Sequence record: NC_019521.1
Direction: 5' to 3' (one strand)
DNA length: 64,000 nt
Shown here: piece by piece, positions 46,292 through 57,100 of the stretch
Position numbering within the stretch: position 1 is the stretch's first letter
Layout of the letters: every line of letters begins with the position of its first letter
The notes under the pieces: generated by a model
Told to the model about the DNA's origin: nothing
Databases searched by the model: none
What the model saw: only the letters and a program-made list of their open reading frames with translations
Made by a program: the position numbers and the translations under genes

Positions 46292-47602
46292 ATGCAAAAT
46301 TTATTTAAAGACTTTGGTTTAGAAATTGTTGATAAAGAAAACATTTCTAACATCAATTTATGTAAAAACACTGAAGATGTCAGAGTTAAGCCAGTTATCC
46401 TAATAACTGGTATTTCGAGTCAAATTGGTAACGACTTAGCTAATCTGATACAATCTTCCTGGAAGCCAAAATTTCTAAGTGATTCTAAAGAACTGGAAGC
46501 TTTCAAAAATCATCCATCTGAAAGCGGTACTTACGCTGAAAAGACTAAGGAAAAATTCATAAATTATGTACATTCCTTAGAAACATCGAAATACTCTTTC
46601 TTTGACATATATTGTACATCGTCCAGTGAATTAGATATGTCAGATATAACAGAATTAAGAGAGTATATCAATAGAAGAAAACCGGACTATATCATTAACT
46701 TAGCAGCATTTACTAACGTTCAAGCATGTGGTACTAATCCAAACGCTTTTAAAGTAAATACTAAAGCTGTTGAAGTTTTCGCTGAATACATTAGAAATAA
46801 CAAAGCTAAGTTGTTACATGTTTCAACAGATTTCGTTTACAATAAAGATACTAACAGAAACGATAAAGGTTTAATTCTTAGTGAAACTATACCAACTGGA
46901 ATTCCATGCAATCATTATGCTATTCAGAAAATGCTTTCTGAAGCTATTATAGATAATGCTGTTAACAAACCGGAATGTAAAGGTGTTGCTGAAATCGTAA
47001 GAGTTTCCCATTTGTTTTCAACTCATAAAAACAATATCGTAAAGTCATTGACTAGAAATCTGATTAATCGATCTGTCACTAAAGCTGTTAGTGATAATAG
47101 ATTCGTTCCAACTTACTCAGAAAATGTTGCTAAATTCATAGCAATGTCGATATTAACTTTCCATCCTAATAAAGATTATAAGGGTAAATGCTATCCAGAA
47201 TGTTCGAACTTTGTGGAGAATATTGAACCTATGTCTACTAACGATTTGACATTAATGATTAAATCCGTTATCAAAAACATCGATGAAAATACAGAAACGT
47301 TAAGGAAAAAGGATGATGGTATTTCTATTGGGTCAGTTCTTAGTGTTACTAGTGATTTTTATGTTTCTGAATCGGAATTACCTGAAATGTTACCAACTGA
47401 TACAGCTTTAGCTAGGGATTGTAAATATTTCACGCCTTATCCGGATAGTGATAATTCCACTAAAGAAATAAACAAATTGATCGATAATCTTATGCTAAAA
47501 TATGATTATGTTTCATGTTCTGATGCTATTAAAACAGTAACTGGTATAGAATATGCAAATCAATTAAATTCAATAACTTTACAAATGCAAATAAAAGGAT
47601 AA
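46292..47602 (+). CDS. RmlD-like (dTDP-4-dehydrorhamnose reductase family) SDR with insertions
   Basis: ILITGISSQIG, PDYIINLAAFTNV, LLHVSTDFVY, YAIQK (YxxxK), FVPTY. Confidence 0.8.
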   Translation: MQNLFKDFGLEIVDKENISNINLCKNTEDVRVKPVILITGISSQIGNDLANLIQSSWKPKFLSDSKELEAFKNHPSESGTYAEKTKEKFINYVHSLETSKYSFFDIYCTSSSELDMSDITELREYINRRKPDYIINLAAFTNVQACGTNPNAFKVNTKAVEVFAEYIRNNKAKLLHVSTDFVYNKDTNRNDKGLILSETIPTGIPCNHYAIQKMLSEAIIDNAVNKPECKGVAEIVRVSHLFSTHKNNIVKSLTRNLINRSVTKAVSDNRFVPTYSENVAKFIAMSILTFHPNKDYKGKCYPECSNFVENIEPMSTNDLTLMIKSVIKNIDENTETLRKKDDGISIGSVLSVTSDFYVSESELPEMLPTDTALARDCKYFTPYPDSDNSTKEINKLIDNLMLKYDYVSCSDAIKTVTGIEYANQLNSITLQMQIKG

Positions 47603-48012
47603 TGGAACAATTTGAACTAAAAACAGATTTACATGATGCTTCGATATTGGCTATCATGTCAGATGGTAAAGTTTATACTTGCGAAAGTGGTAAACTACCA
47701 GAACAACCCATAATGTATATCGATACAATCTTAGGTTTGAATACGATAACAACTAATCCGAGAACTTCTACAGATTTCAGAGAGATTAACGGATTGTTTT
47801 GGGAGAATGGTCATTTCAACAAATTCGAGTTGATAACTTTAAATACTGATTATGAGATTTACGCTTATAATACGAGGCATGAAGTCCATCAAGAACTTGA
47901 AGAAATCTTATTCTATGATCCTGAATCTGATTTCATAATTACAGTTATCGACATAGATAAGAATCAATATTATGATGTCAAAGAAAAAGTCTGGAAAGAT
48001 TACGAAAAATAA
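47602..48012 (+). CDS. Hypothetical protein
   Basis: 136-aa ORF, TAATG coupling. Confidence 0.7.
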   Translation: MEQFELKTDLHDASILAIMSDGKVYTCESGKLPEQPIMYIDTILGLNTITTNPRTSTDFREINGLFWENGHFNKFELITLNTDYEIYAYNTRHEVHQELEEILFYDPESDFIITVIDIDKNQYYDVKEKVWKDYEK

Positions 48013-48018
48013 AAGTAA

Positions 48019-48064
48019 ACGAAACCCTCGGAAACTGAAACTTCTGAGGGTTTCGTAGTACTAT
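48019..48064 (+). promoter_or_regulatory. Hairpin-embedded class I promoter, family A copy 4 (chimeric arms)
   Basis: Left arm as copies 1/3 (CTCGGAA), right arm as copy 2 (TTCTGAG). TGAAAC 48036, TAGTACTAT 48056. Confidence 0.85.
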
Positions 48065-48089
48065 ACATTTATAACAAAATATTTCAACT

Positions 48090-48275
48090 ATGCTAACACC
48101 TTTCGAAAAATCCCTAGTCAGATTAATCAATCTAAATCACAAGAAATCTTACAAATTCGACGACTTACAAGAATGGTCAACTGATGAAGAAGTAGTGAAA
48201 ATGAACAAGCAAGATAATGAAACGATTTACAAAGTTTCAGGTACCTATGTTGCGATGCGTAACTCTAAGAAATAA
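48090..48275 (+). CDS. Small hypothetical protein
   Basis: 61 aa, TTTCAACT-ATG leader. Confidence 0.7.
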   Translation: MLTPFEKSLVRLINLNHKKSYKFDDLQEWSTDEEVVKMNKQDNETIYKVSGTYVAMRNSKK

Positions 48276-48278
48276 GAC

Positions 48279-48611
48279 ATGTCATTAAAAGGAAAAACTT
48301 TCGTACCTTACACTAATTCAAGATCGTTTAATTACGATTTGACTGGTACAAATGATCTTTGGTTAGCTGGAACTGTCACCTTAATACCAAAAGAATCCAT
48401 TATCATGGAAGACGAACCTACATTAATTTGGACAGGTTTCGATTTCGAGCCATACATTTTAGTATTGACTGAAGATAATAAACCAGTATTAGCTAACATA
48501 TGTACTGTAAGGGATTACATAGATGTACCTTTTTCTAAAGTTATGGAAGATCATGAAGAATTTCTAGATAATTTCAGGAATTCTGATGAAGATGACGAAA
48601 CAATGTATTAA
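48279..48611 (+). CDS. Hypothetical protein
   Basis: 110-aa ORF. Confidence 0.7.
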   Translation: MSLKGKTFVPYTNSRSFNYDLTGTNDLWLAGTVTLIPKESIIMEDEPTLIWTGFDFEPYILVLTEDNKPVLANICTVRDYIDVPFSKVMEDHEEFLDNFRNSDEDDETMY

Positions 48612-48612
48612 T

Positions 48613-49098
48613 ATGGAAAACTCGATCCTAGAAATGGTCAAAGAAGTTGACTATCAGAAAGAATATGATTACGATAAACGTGTTGAACTTTTCAACAAAT
48701 ATCATATTTCAACTTCTTTGTCATACATCAATCCAATAATGTTATTGACTGAAAGACTTCTAAATCCAGGAATGTCATTTTCGAGATTCTATCAATTTGA
48801 TTGTTGGGGTACATCACATCATGGTGCTGTCAAAACTGCATTCAATCAAAAGATTAAAGAAGATCGTTCAGATTTCTGTAAGATTCGAGAACTTAAAAGT
48901 AAAACTGTGATAACGATTAAACGTTATAAATACGATTCTAAGAAATTCGAATTAGTCATGAACTATCATATAGAAAACGATTTAGTTCATTTCAGTTTCT
49001 TAGAAGGTGTGAAATTCTCACCTAAACGTGGTTTTTGTTTTATAGCTTTAGCTGAAGAGTTCTGTAAAGATTTAGGTTACGACATAAAATTCGAATAA
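48613..49098 (+). CDS. Hypothetical protein
   Basis: Likely start at ATG 48613, 1 nt after the previous stop (track starts at 48586). Confidence 0.7.
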   Translation: MENSILEMVKEVDYQKEYDYDKRVELFNKYHISTSLSYINPIMLLTERLLNPGMSFSRFYQFDCWGTSHHGAVKTAFNQKIKEDRSDFCKIRELKSKTVITIKRYKYDSKKFELVMNYHIENDLVHFSFLEGVKFSPKRGFCFIALAEEFCKDLGYDIKFE

Positions 49099-49625
49099 TG
49101 AAGAGATACAAAGCCCTAATATTCCTAGATATCGACGGTGTTCTTAATAGTGAAAGATTCTATGAACTTAGAAGTCAAGGAAAACTTGAAAAACTTGAAA
49201 TAGAACATGATATGTGTTCTGATTCGATTTCTATGATCGATGAAGAATTTTCAAAACATTTTCCTGAAGTCGCTATAGTTCTTACTTCCACTAGAAGATT
49301 CGATCATACTGTAAAAGAATGGAATACGATTTTCAAATCGTTAGGTCTTAATAACATTCCCATTATTGACGTTACTAATAGACATGATAATAGTTTCGGT
49401 TACGGTTTCAGAGGTGGTGAAGTTTATCAATATCTTTTAGAAAACAAAGTCATTCTAGAAACATCAACAAACAATTACGTTATTTTCGATGACGATTGTG
49501 ACTTCCTTATCGAGCAAGCCCCAAGATTCTTTAGAATCAATAAACAGATTGGAATAACTTATAACGATATTCATGAAGCTTTAGTATATCTTACTAACGA
49601 TTCGTTTTACTTTCAGAAGAAATGA
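49098..49625 (+). CDS. HAD-superfamily protein (HAD_SAK_2-like)
   Basis: IFLDIDGVLNS, IVLTSTRR, RGGEV, YVIFDDD. Confidence 0.85.
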   Translation: MKRYKALIFLDIDGVLNSERFYELRSQGKLEKLEIEHDMCSDSISMIDEEFSKHFPEVAIVLTSTRRFDHTVKEWNTIFKSLGLNNIPIIDVTNRHDNSFGYGFRGGEVYQYLLENKVILETSTNNYVIFDDDCDFLIEQAPRFFRINKQIGITYNDIHEALVYLTNDSFYFQKK

Positions 49626-49867
49626 ACAAACTGATTAACGTTTTACAGAAACTTACGAAGTATTATTCATCGTATTACTGGATGATTACAGAAAATTCGA
49701 TAACTGTAAAACTTTCCTATAAAGTAGGTAACGAATTCAAGGAAGATGTTTACATGAAATCGAATACTGAAAAGCATATAGAACAATTAACAGAATCATT
49801 AAAACGTCTAGAACGTAAGAAACGTTTATCTGAAAAGAAGAAACAAGATAAAGCTTGTATCGGATAA
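49622..49867 (+). CDS. Hypothetical protein
   Basis: 81-aa ORF, ATGA overlap. Confidence 0.65.
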   Translation: MNKLINVLQKLTKYYSSYYWMITENSITVKLSYKVGNEFKEDVYMKSNTEKHIEQLTESLKRLERKKRLSEKKKQDKACIG

Positions 49868-49885
49868 ACATTAAATCGGACAAAC

Positions 49886-50386
49886 ATGAAAACAATACTA
49901 TTTGAAAACTTTAGATTACTTTCAAAAGAAGTAGAATTATTCGTTAAATCCATTGACGAAGATTTTGTAGAAATCGACCCAAGTTTCAAAGATACTTATA
50001 TTGGTTTACGTGACGATTTACGAATGTATTCTTTACTGATACAACCAGAACTTGAAAATATAGTTGTTAGTTCAGCGTTCGAACATATATCAAGTAATCA
50101 ATCTTTTGAATCGCAAATTGGTTGGTTTGCTGAAATCTTATTCGCTGCGATTGAATATCGTAAAGATAAGAAACTAAAACCGATCAAAGTCTGGATATGG
50201 CACCGTTCATATGATTTTATCAAATGGCTTAATAATGACGCTAACTCACCAAAGTATGATTATCTTAGACAGTCTATAAGAATGATGATAAGACCTGATA
50301 GAAATTATCCAATCCATATCATATTTACAGACGATGGTGAACATAAGGACAAATTAACAATACTAACACCTGAAATGATAGATTAA
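49886..50386 (+). CDS. Hypothetical protein
   Basis: 166-aa ORF. Confidence 0.7.
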   Translation: MKTILFENFRLLSKEVELFVKSIDEDFVEIDPSFKDTYIGLRDDLRMYSLLIQPELENIVVSSAFEHISSNQSFESQIGWFAEILFAAIEYRKDKKLKPIKVWIWHRSYDFIKWLNNDANSPKYDYLRQSIRMMIRPDRNYPIHIIFTDDGEHKDKLTILTPEMID

Positions 50387-50410
50387 CTATTTTCAAAAGT
50401 TTAGTAAAAT
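50382..50410 (+). promoter_or_regulatory. Weak class I promoter match
   Basis: ATTAAC-N14-TAGTAAAAT. Confidence 0.4.
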
Positions 50411-50432
50411 TCAAATATAACAAATTTCAATT

Positions 50433-50891
50433 ATGAGCATTAAAATTCAAATCAATAGCGTTGAAGCTTTAGAACGCTTAATCGGAGGCGATACCCAAAT
50501 CGAAATAGATATTCGTAACAATATCGTCCAAGAATTCGCAAAACGTCATTTAAAAGATATCGCTGAATCTGAAACTTTCAAAGGTATCGAATCTTCAATC
50601 AAAAACTTCATGACTGATAATTTCATGACTAAAATGAAATACGGTTTTAATGAATACGAATTCAATGAAGAAGTTCTTAAGAAATTCAAATCATCTCTGC
50701 TAATAGCAGGTGAAAGTAGCTTATTACAAGCTGTTAGAGATGTATCAGAAGATATAAACTTCAAAGGTCGTATCGAAGGTATGCTTAATGAAGCTGCTAG
50801 AAATATTGAACATCAACTTTCTGATGCAATCTTGTCTAAGAAAATCGATGAATTAGTTGACAAGAAAATCAAACAAAAACTAGGACTGTAA
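50433..50891 (+). CDS. Hypothetical helical protein
   Basis: 152-aa ORF, TTTCAATT-ATG leader. Confidence 0.75.
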   Translation: MSIKIQINSVEALERLIGGDTQIEIDIRNNIVQEFAKRHLKDIAESETFKGIESSIKNFMTDNFMTKMKYGFNEYEFNEEVLKKFKSSLLIAGESSLLQAVRDVSEDINFKGRIEGMLNEAARNIEHQLSDAILSKKIDELVDKKIKQKLGL

Positions 50892-50893
50892 TC

Positions 50894-51748
50894 ATGAAAA
50901 TCAAAACTAGAGCACGTATTCTAAATTTCTTTGGTTTAGCTTACGATAAAGTATCATATCCTGTAACTATCTGTAAGGAAGTTAACATAATTACAAAGAT
51001 CAAGAAAGGAACTATTAAGAATCCTAATTGCATACGTAATTACAGTTCAGTTGTTTTAGAATATCCTTACGATATTACTAAATCACTGAACGAAAATATC
51101 GATTTGTTTGAAACTTACTTATTCGATTTTGGAAAACATATTGAATTCGTTGGACAGAGATGTTCGGAATTAGGACAGGAATGTTCTTACGAATTATTAA
51201 GTATGAATATTGATCGATATTCTATCAGAACTAATAGAAACAAAGTTGTCGAAAACATAGAACGTGAATCAGATTACGATTTTTTCGATGATGTTAGTTT
51301 CTATCCATCTAATAGTAATTACAATAAGTTCATGTCGAATTTCAAAATCATTCATTGGTTAAGAAAGAAGATTTCAGGATCAAGTAAACATGTAACTTGT
51401 TCAGCTGTGAATGTTGTTATAGAACGAGATGAGGAAAATCATCCTAGTAGAAGATTATCATTATATGGTAGACGTCATGGATGTATTCAGAAGTTAATCG
51501 ATATTCTAGTTCATAATGATTATAGTAAAGAAATTCTTAATGATTCTAACGTTACTATGGGTTTCATGATTAACGATTACAATAATCGATTTGATAAGAA
51601 TCTTACAATGTACTTTAATTCCCGTAAAGATTCTTTCGAAGTAGCTTACAATGCTTTACAATTGTCTGAAATCAATTATCAGCTACCTCCAGAAAATGAA
51701 ATGTTGATTTCAGAAGACTTATACTTCTTGGATAAATATGGAAGATAG
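50894..51748 (+). CDS. Hypothetical protein
   Basis: 284-aa ORF. Confidence 0.75.
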   Translation: MKIKTRARILNFFGLAYDKVSYPVTICKEVNIITKIKKGTIKNPNCIRNYSSVVLEYPYDITKSLNENIDLFETYLFDFGKHIEFVGQRCSELGQECSYELLSMNIDRYSIRTNRNKVVENIERESDYDFFDDVSFYPSNSNYNKFMSNFKIIHWLRKKISGSSKHVTCSAVNVVIERDEENHPSRRLSLYGRRHGCIQKLIDILVHNDYSKEILNDSNVTMGFMINDYNNRFDKNLTMYFNSRKDSFEVAYNALQLSEINYQLPPENEMLISEDLYFLDKYGR

Positions 51749-51959
51749 ACTTGTAGAACTTCTAAACGAATTCAATAAAATTATGGATTCGAATAGATAC
51801 TTTCGAGATAATCTTAATCGATTGAAATCTATATTTCAAGAACTTGAACATAAGTTTCTAAGTGTTGAACATTTGGAAACTTTGAAATTTGAATTAAATG
51901 AATTCGAAATGTTTACTAAAACTTTCGAATTGGAAGATTTTTGCAACTATATAATCTAA
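51738..51959 (+). CDS. Hypothetical protein
   Basis: 73-aa ORF. Confidence 0.65.
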   Translation: MEDRLVELLNEFNKIMDSNRYFRDNLNRLKSIFQELEHKFLSVEHLETLKFELNEFEMFTKTFELEDFCNYII

Positions 51960-51963
51960 CGAA

Positions 51964-52380
51964 ATGGATTTTTTAACAATAAAGGACATAGTCGTCCTTA
52001 AAACTAACGGTAAATCTAGATGTGTATTTCCAGGTTCTAATGTTACTAGAAATAGTGAACATTTCAATACATTGATGGAAGACATGAAAGTGTCGAATCT
52101 TTATGATTCTTTCAAACTAATCGAAATCGGTACTAATATCGGTAATATCAAAAGTATTGAAGATAATATAGCTCGATTTGAATACGAGGATTATTCTATA
52201 GCTCTTCCGATGGAATCTTTAGGATTCTTTGTAAGTAGATATACTGAAGAAAATGCTATGCTTACCTCAGAACTTTCTAGATTTTCTAATGAACGTGCTG
52301 GTATTAACAACGTAATCGAAAAATGTTTGACTAGATTAAAGAACGATTTCGTTGAACACGTACAAATAGTAATATCTTAG
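51964..52380 (+). CDS. Hypothetical protein
   Basis: 138-aa ORF. Confidence 0.7.
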   Translation: MDFLTIKDIVVLKTNGKSRCVFPGSNVTRNSEHFNTLMEDMKVSNLYDSFKLIEIGTNIGNIKSIEDNIARFEYEDYSIALPMESLGFFVSRYTEENAMLTSELSRFSNERAGINNVIEKCLTRLKNDFVEHVQIVIS

Positions 52381-52382
52381 CT

Positions 52383-52655
52383 ATGGGAGTAATGACTTGT
52401 CATAGATTAGATTGTGACAATATAATGTGTTCTGTCTATATTGATGAAAACGACATAGGTTACATTTGTCATGAATGTATGAGAGAATTCGAAGATTCTA
52501 ACCCAAGTGAAATGACAGAATCTAAACTTGTTAAACGTTTAAAGAAATTCATGCTTACTAGTAAAACCGATGTAGTTGAAAAAGTAAGTGAGAATCTTAT
52601 AAACGTTTCAATTTTTTTCTGGAAACGTAATAGACATAATGATGAAAACTATTAA
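52383..52655 (+). CDS. Small Cys-rich (Zn-finger-like) protein
   Basis: CHRLDC..MC...ICHEC. Confidence 0.7.
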   Translation: MGVMTCHRLDCDNIMCSVYIDENDIGYICHECMREFEDSNPSEMTESKLVKRLKKFMLTSKTDVVEKVSENLINVSIFFWKRNRHNDENY

Positions 52656-52992
52656 AGCTTTATTAACGCAACCTATTTCTTTACTAATAAATTGTAAAAG
52701 AGTATTAGACAGAAACATAGTATTAGTTTACGAAACTAACTATGAACTGTATCAACCTGAAGATTGTGTTGTTATGAAACCTGGAACTGTTGTTGATGTT
52801 TGTACATCATCGAATGATATCATATTCGATGGACATCGATTCGATAATAATTACAAATGGCTATTCGTAGAAAATACTGAAGAAAATCTAAGACTTATTA
52901 ATGACGCACAGATGTTAAGTACTGCTATAAAGTCTTTGGAAAAACAACGTAAGTCAGTAATGAGTAAATTCGAACCTTTGAATAAATCATGA
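52639..52992 (+). CDS. Hypothetical protein
   Basis: 117-aa ORF. Confidence 0.7.
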   Translation: MMKTIKALLTQPISLLINCKRVLDRNIVLVYETNYELYQPEDCVVMKPGTVVDVCTSSNDIIFDGHRFDNNYKWLFVENTEENLRLINDAQMLSTAIKSLEKQRKSVMSKFEPLNKS

Positions 52993-53495
52993 ACAGTCAT
53001 ATCAAAATGATAGATTTCAAGGATATCATATTCAATATCAAAAATATTGATTCAATATCTGAAGTTAAACATAATTATGGTTCTATCAATCCTGAATCTA
53101 TTAGATGTAACTTAAAAATCTATATAACTTTAAAGGGTAAGTCATTAACTTTATGCATAGAATCTGTTTTACCTTATTATGGATTATCGTATTCGTTCAT
53201 ATCCAAAGATTCTAAAGCTAAATTAGATTCGATGGATATGTCAGAAAATACAATTTCTATAGAAACTATGTCAGGACTTGAAGTTGACTCTCATAATCAT
53301 TTGATTATATTCGAATTTATGCAAAATCTTAGACATGAAATACTAACTTTCGTTAGTAACGAATCTAATGAAAGTCTATTTTCTTTGAATAAAATCAGAA
53401 ACGATTTGTACATAAGACTTCATGAAAACGATTCTCTGTATCTTAACAAAAATGATAATTTCGTATTAAACTTCATTACATGGTCAAATTCATAA
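52989..53495 (+). CDS. Hypothetical protein (paralog of next gene)
   Basis: KMIDFKDIIFNIKNIDSI matches KFIKINDRTINIDQIQSL of the next ORF. Confidence 0.7.
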   Translation: MNSHIKMIDFKDIIFNIKNIDSISEVKHNYGSINPESIRCNLKIYITLKGKSLTLCIESVLPYYGLSYSFISKDSKAKLDSMDMSENTISIETMSGLEVDSHNHLIIFEFMQNLRHEILTFVSNESNESLFSLNKIRNDLYIRLHENDSLYLNKNDNFVLNFITWSNS

Positions 53496-53884
53496 AAATC
53501 AATGATCGGACAATAAACATCGACCAAATACAGAGTTTGGAAGCTGTAAGTACTTACAATGATTCAACTCCTCTATACATGTGTGGTATTAAGTATAGTA
53601 CGACAAGTTACTTGTCTATCATATTTAAGAAATATGTTTATACGATAGATGTTACTATATCTAGTAATACTCTTACCAGTTCTGATAACTATGAAAAGGT
53701 TATAAACGATCTAAGAGAATCTGTTGAAGGTATACGTTCACAAATCGAAACTTTCTTATGTGATGATTCACCAATGCTAGAATTGAGTACAGCAAATATC
53801 GATTTATCTGAAAGTTTCAAAGAACCTGTTCTTATAGACGGAATAGAATACACTGTGACTTTCGAAATTAAACTAAGCTACTAA
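53480..53884 (+). CDS. Hypothetical protein (paralog of previous gene)
   Basis: Shared N-terminus, and IRSQIETFL vs LRHEILTFV. Confidence 0.7.
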   Translation: MVKFIKINDRTINIDQIQSLEAVSTYNDSTPLYMCGIKYSTTSYLSIIFKKYVYTIDVTISSNTLTSSDNYEKVINDLRESVEGIRSQIETFLCDDSPMLELSTANIDLSESFKEPVLIDGIEYTVTFEIKLSY

Positions 53885-53908
53885 CATTGGTACAATATAA
53901 ATAAAAAT

Positions 53909-54109
53909 ATGAAACAGATTATATCAAGATTCTTACTATTTACTGGTATTTTATGGCTTATGACATATATCGGATTTTCTATTATCTCAAGTTCTTTTGC
54001 TATATTCGAATGGAACGACATTCAACGAGGTAACTTCAGTATGTGGATTATGATATTCGGAGTAGCTAGTTTGATAGGTTCAATCATATCAGTCGAAGAC
54101 GATAAATAA
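53909..54109 (+). CDS. Small membrane protein (2 TM)
   Basis: 66 aa with two hydrophobic helices. Confidence 0.7.
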   Translation: MKQIISRFLLFTGILWLMTYIGFSIISSSFAIFEWNDIQRGNFSMWIMIFGVASLIGSIISVEDDK

Positions 54110-54123
54110 AGATACAGATAACA

Positions 54124-54173
54124 AAAAAGACCTTGTTACTTAAATGTAACAAGGTCTTTTTGTTTAGTAATAT
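54124..54173 (+). promoter_or_regulatory. Terminator hairpin with embedded class I promoter, family D copy 1
   Basis: AAAAAGACCTTGTTAC-TTAAAT-GTAACAAGGTCTTTTT. TGTAAC 54145, N14, TAGTAATAT 54165. Confidence 0.8.
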
Positions 54174-54197
54174 TATCTTATTAACAATTTGTAACTT

Positions 54198-57100
54198 ATG
54201 CTAAAAATTCTACATCTATCCGACATCCAAATCGAGATTCGGAGAAATTCACAAAGATATGATGAATATGCTAGCGCATTAGAAGAAGTCATATCTTATG
54301 CTAAATCAAATTTAGATATTTCAAAGGTTGTACTTTCTGGTGACATTTTCGAATTCTGTGCAGTTACTGACACTGAACGCGTGATGTTTATCAGATTCAT
54401 TAAAACTTTAGAAAGTATCGAAACTATTAATGAAATCGTTATCACTTCCGGAAATCATGATTTGAAACAACGTTTTAACGATATCAACATTTCTGGTGTG
54501 TCAGTTATCGAAAATTCGGTAATGGATTCGTTACATGAATCATTCAAGGAATCTAGTAAGATTAAAGTTCTTACGAAATCAGGTTTTTATCCTTCAAATA
54601 CTGTTGGATTAAATTGGGGTGCATGGGCACATGAACATAAGTTCGATGGAAACATTGAAAACTATAGCCCATGGGAACGTGAAGTTGTAATAGAACCTAA
54701 AAATGTTATTGAGATTTATCATGACAATTTCGCTGGTGCTATGAACTTCAATGGATTAATTCAGAAAGGTTGTGAAGATGCTAAGAGTTTTGACATGTTT
54801 AAAGCTAAAACGATATTAGCTGGACATATTCATAATCCTCAACAATTCAAATCTGATTCGAATCAAACATTTACTTACGCTTCATCATTAGTGATGCGTG
54901 ATTTCGGTGAAGGTGATTATTATCTTAACGGTAACAGGACAGTCAAAGGTTTACAGAATCATGGTTTCTATGTACATACTATCGACACTAATGATTATTC
55001 TACAGTAAGTTCAGAATTCATTCCAGTAGATTGTTATACTACTAGAGCTACATTCTTAATCGATAAGAACTTTAATTGGGAGACTATTAACGATCTAAGA
55101 TTAGATTACGTTTCGAAATACAAAAACATGTTACGTATTGTCGTAACTGGAAACGAATCTAAATATCATGAAAAATCTGCAGAAATCTTACAAGCTATTT
55201 CTAGGAACGTACCAAATCTTGAAGTATCTATTGATATTGATTCTTCAAATATCTTTTCTGAAACATCAGAAGACTTGGATTTAGAACTTGACAAATTAGT
55301 TACAGAAGAGCAAATACTCGATATCGCTATTCCATTTATCAAAAGACGTATTCGTTCTACTAAACGTATTCTTGAAGAGGATAAAGACAATGCTGAAACT
55401 ACAACAATCGAATTGTTCAAAACTCAGTTATTGAAACTACGTAAAACTATCGAACGTAATCATATTACTTTTCATAATCTTACAGTTTCGAACTTCTTAT
55501 CTTTCGAAGACAATGTAAATATAGATTTTAGTAAATTACGTTCTTTGGTTAAGATTTCTGGAACTAATGGTATCGGTAAGACTAATATCATGAAAACGTT
55601 AAAATGGATTGTTGATGATTTGATCGATGGTTCACAAGCACGTAATTCAGTGAATCAAAACGCTTTAGACGTATTTAACGATAAACGTTTAGATACGAAT
55701 TTAGTTGAATCAACTTTCGTTTTCAGTCGTAATGGTAAGAAATATACTTTGAAGAAATCGATAGAAAGATTCTTTAAATCACGTTCTAAGGATATTACTG
55801 TACATAACTGGAAAGAACATATCAAGAATCTAACGATTTCTAAAGAACTATTGATACAGTCTTCGAATTCCGAAGAAACATTAACAGATTTGGATTTGAT
55901 TCAAAATGAATTACGTGAAATCTTTGGTTCTGTACATGACATGGAAGCTTTGTTATTCACTAACGCTAATTCTTTAGAACGATTAGTTAAATCTAATCCT
56001 GATGTATTAGCTGATCAAATCATGCATCACTTAGGTTTGAGATATTTTCAGGATATGAGTAACGATTATGAAAATGTCAGAACTGAGAAATTGAAAACTT
56101 TAAGTAAACCTTCGAAATCTATAGAAGCTATGGTTTTAGAACTTGAAGATTTCAAGGAAACTAAGACAAATGGTTCTAATATCGTTAAGTCATTAACCGA
56201 ACAAAAAGAAATCGATTCTTTAAAAATAGCTACGAAGCATTCAGAGATTAACGAATTACGTGAAACTTTACATCAAGTTGAAAATCCTGAAATGTTAGAA
56301 ACTAATATCGAAAGTACTAGTAAAGATATCGAAACTAAGACTAACGATTTGGAACTTGTTCATACTGGTATGAAAACCTTGTCAGATGCTTTAGCTTTGG
56401 ATTACAAGAATTTCGATGCGATAATCGATGAATATAATTCTGAAATCAAAACTATAGAAAATGAAATATCAGAATTAAACAATTCTGTTAAGTTAGAAGC
56501 TTCGAATCTTGAAACTGAGAAACAAAAGGTTCTGACAATAACTGAATCAGTTAAATCAGAAATGAATTCTGAAATCAATAACAGATATTCTTCGAAAACT
56601 GAAACATTGAATTCAGAACTTAAATCTAAAGAAAACGAAAAGAATACAGTTCTAACGTTATTACGTGAAGCTAAACATGAGTTTGAACTTAAACGTAATC
56701 AAAAGAAATCTGAATTCGAAACTTCATTATCTGATGCTAAGAAGAAAGCGGAAACTCTTGTAGAATTAATCGATACTAATACGGGATTGATTACAGTATA
56801 TGAAACTGCTACAACTTGTAAAACTTGTGGAAATGCTATTACTGGTAAAGCTTTAGAAGAAATTCAAAATCGTAAGAATGAATGTCAAGTAAAGATTAAC
56901 GAATCTAGAAATGATTTAAATGAAGTTTACGAAGCTATCAAAATTATAGAATCTGAATTAGCTAAACCATATTATAGTATAGAACCTAATGCTTGGTTAA
57001 CTGAGAATTGTGCTGATAATTTGAAATTGGCTAGAAGTCTTACAGATACTATAACTGATATCGAAAAACAAATAAAAGAGATTAACGATGAGAAACAAAA

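Noticed and set aside
4571-48064. GAAAC/GTTTC-rich repeats as a CRISPR array or mini-array
   Set aside because: Copies are kilobases apart and separated by whole genes, not 30-40 nt spacers. No cas genes. Fixed spacing to a -10 box explains them as promoters.
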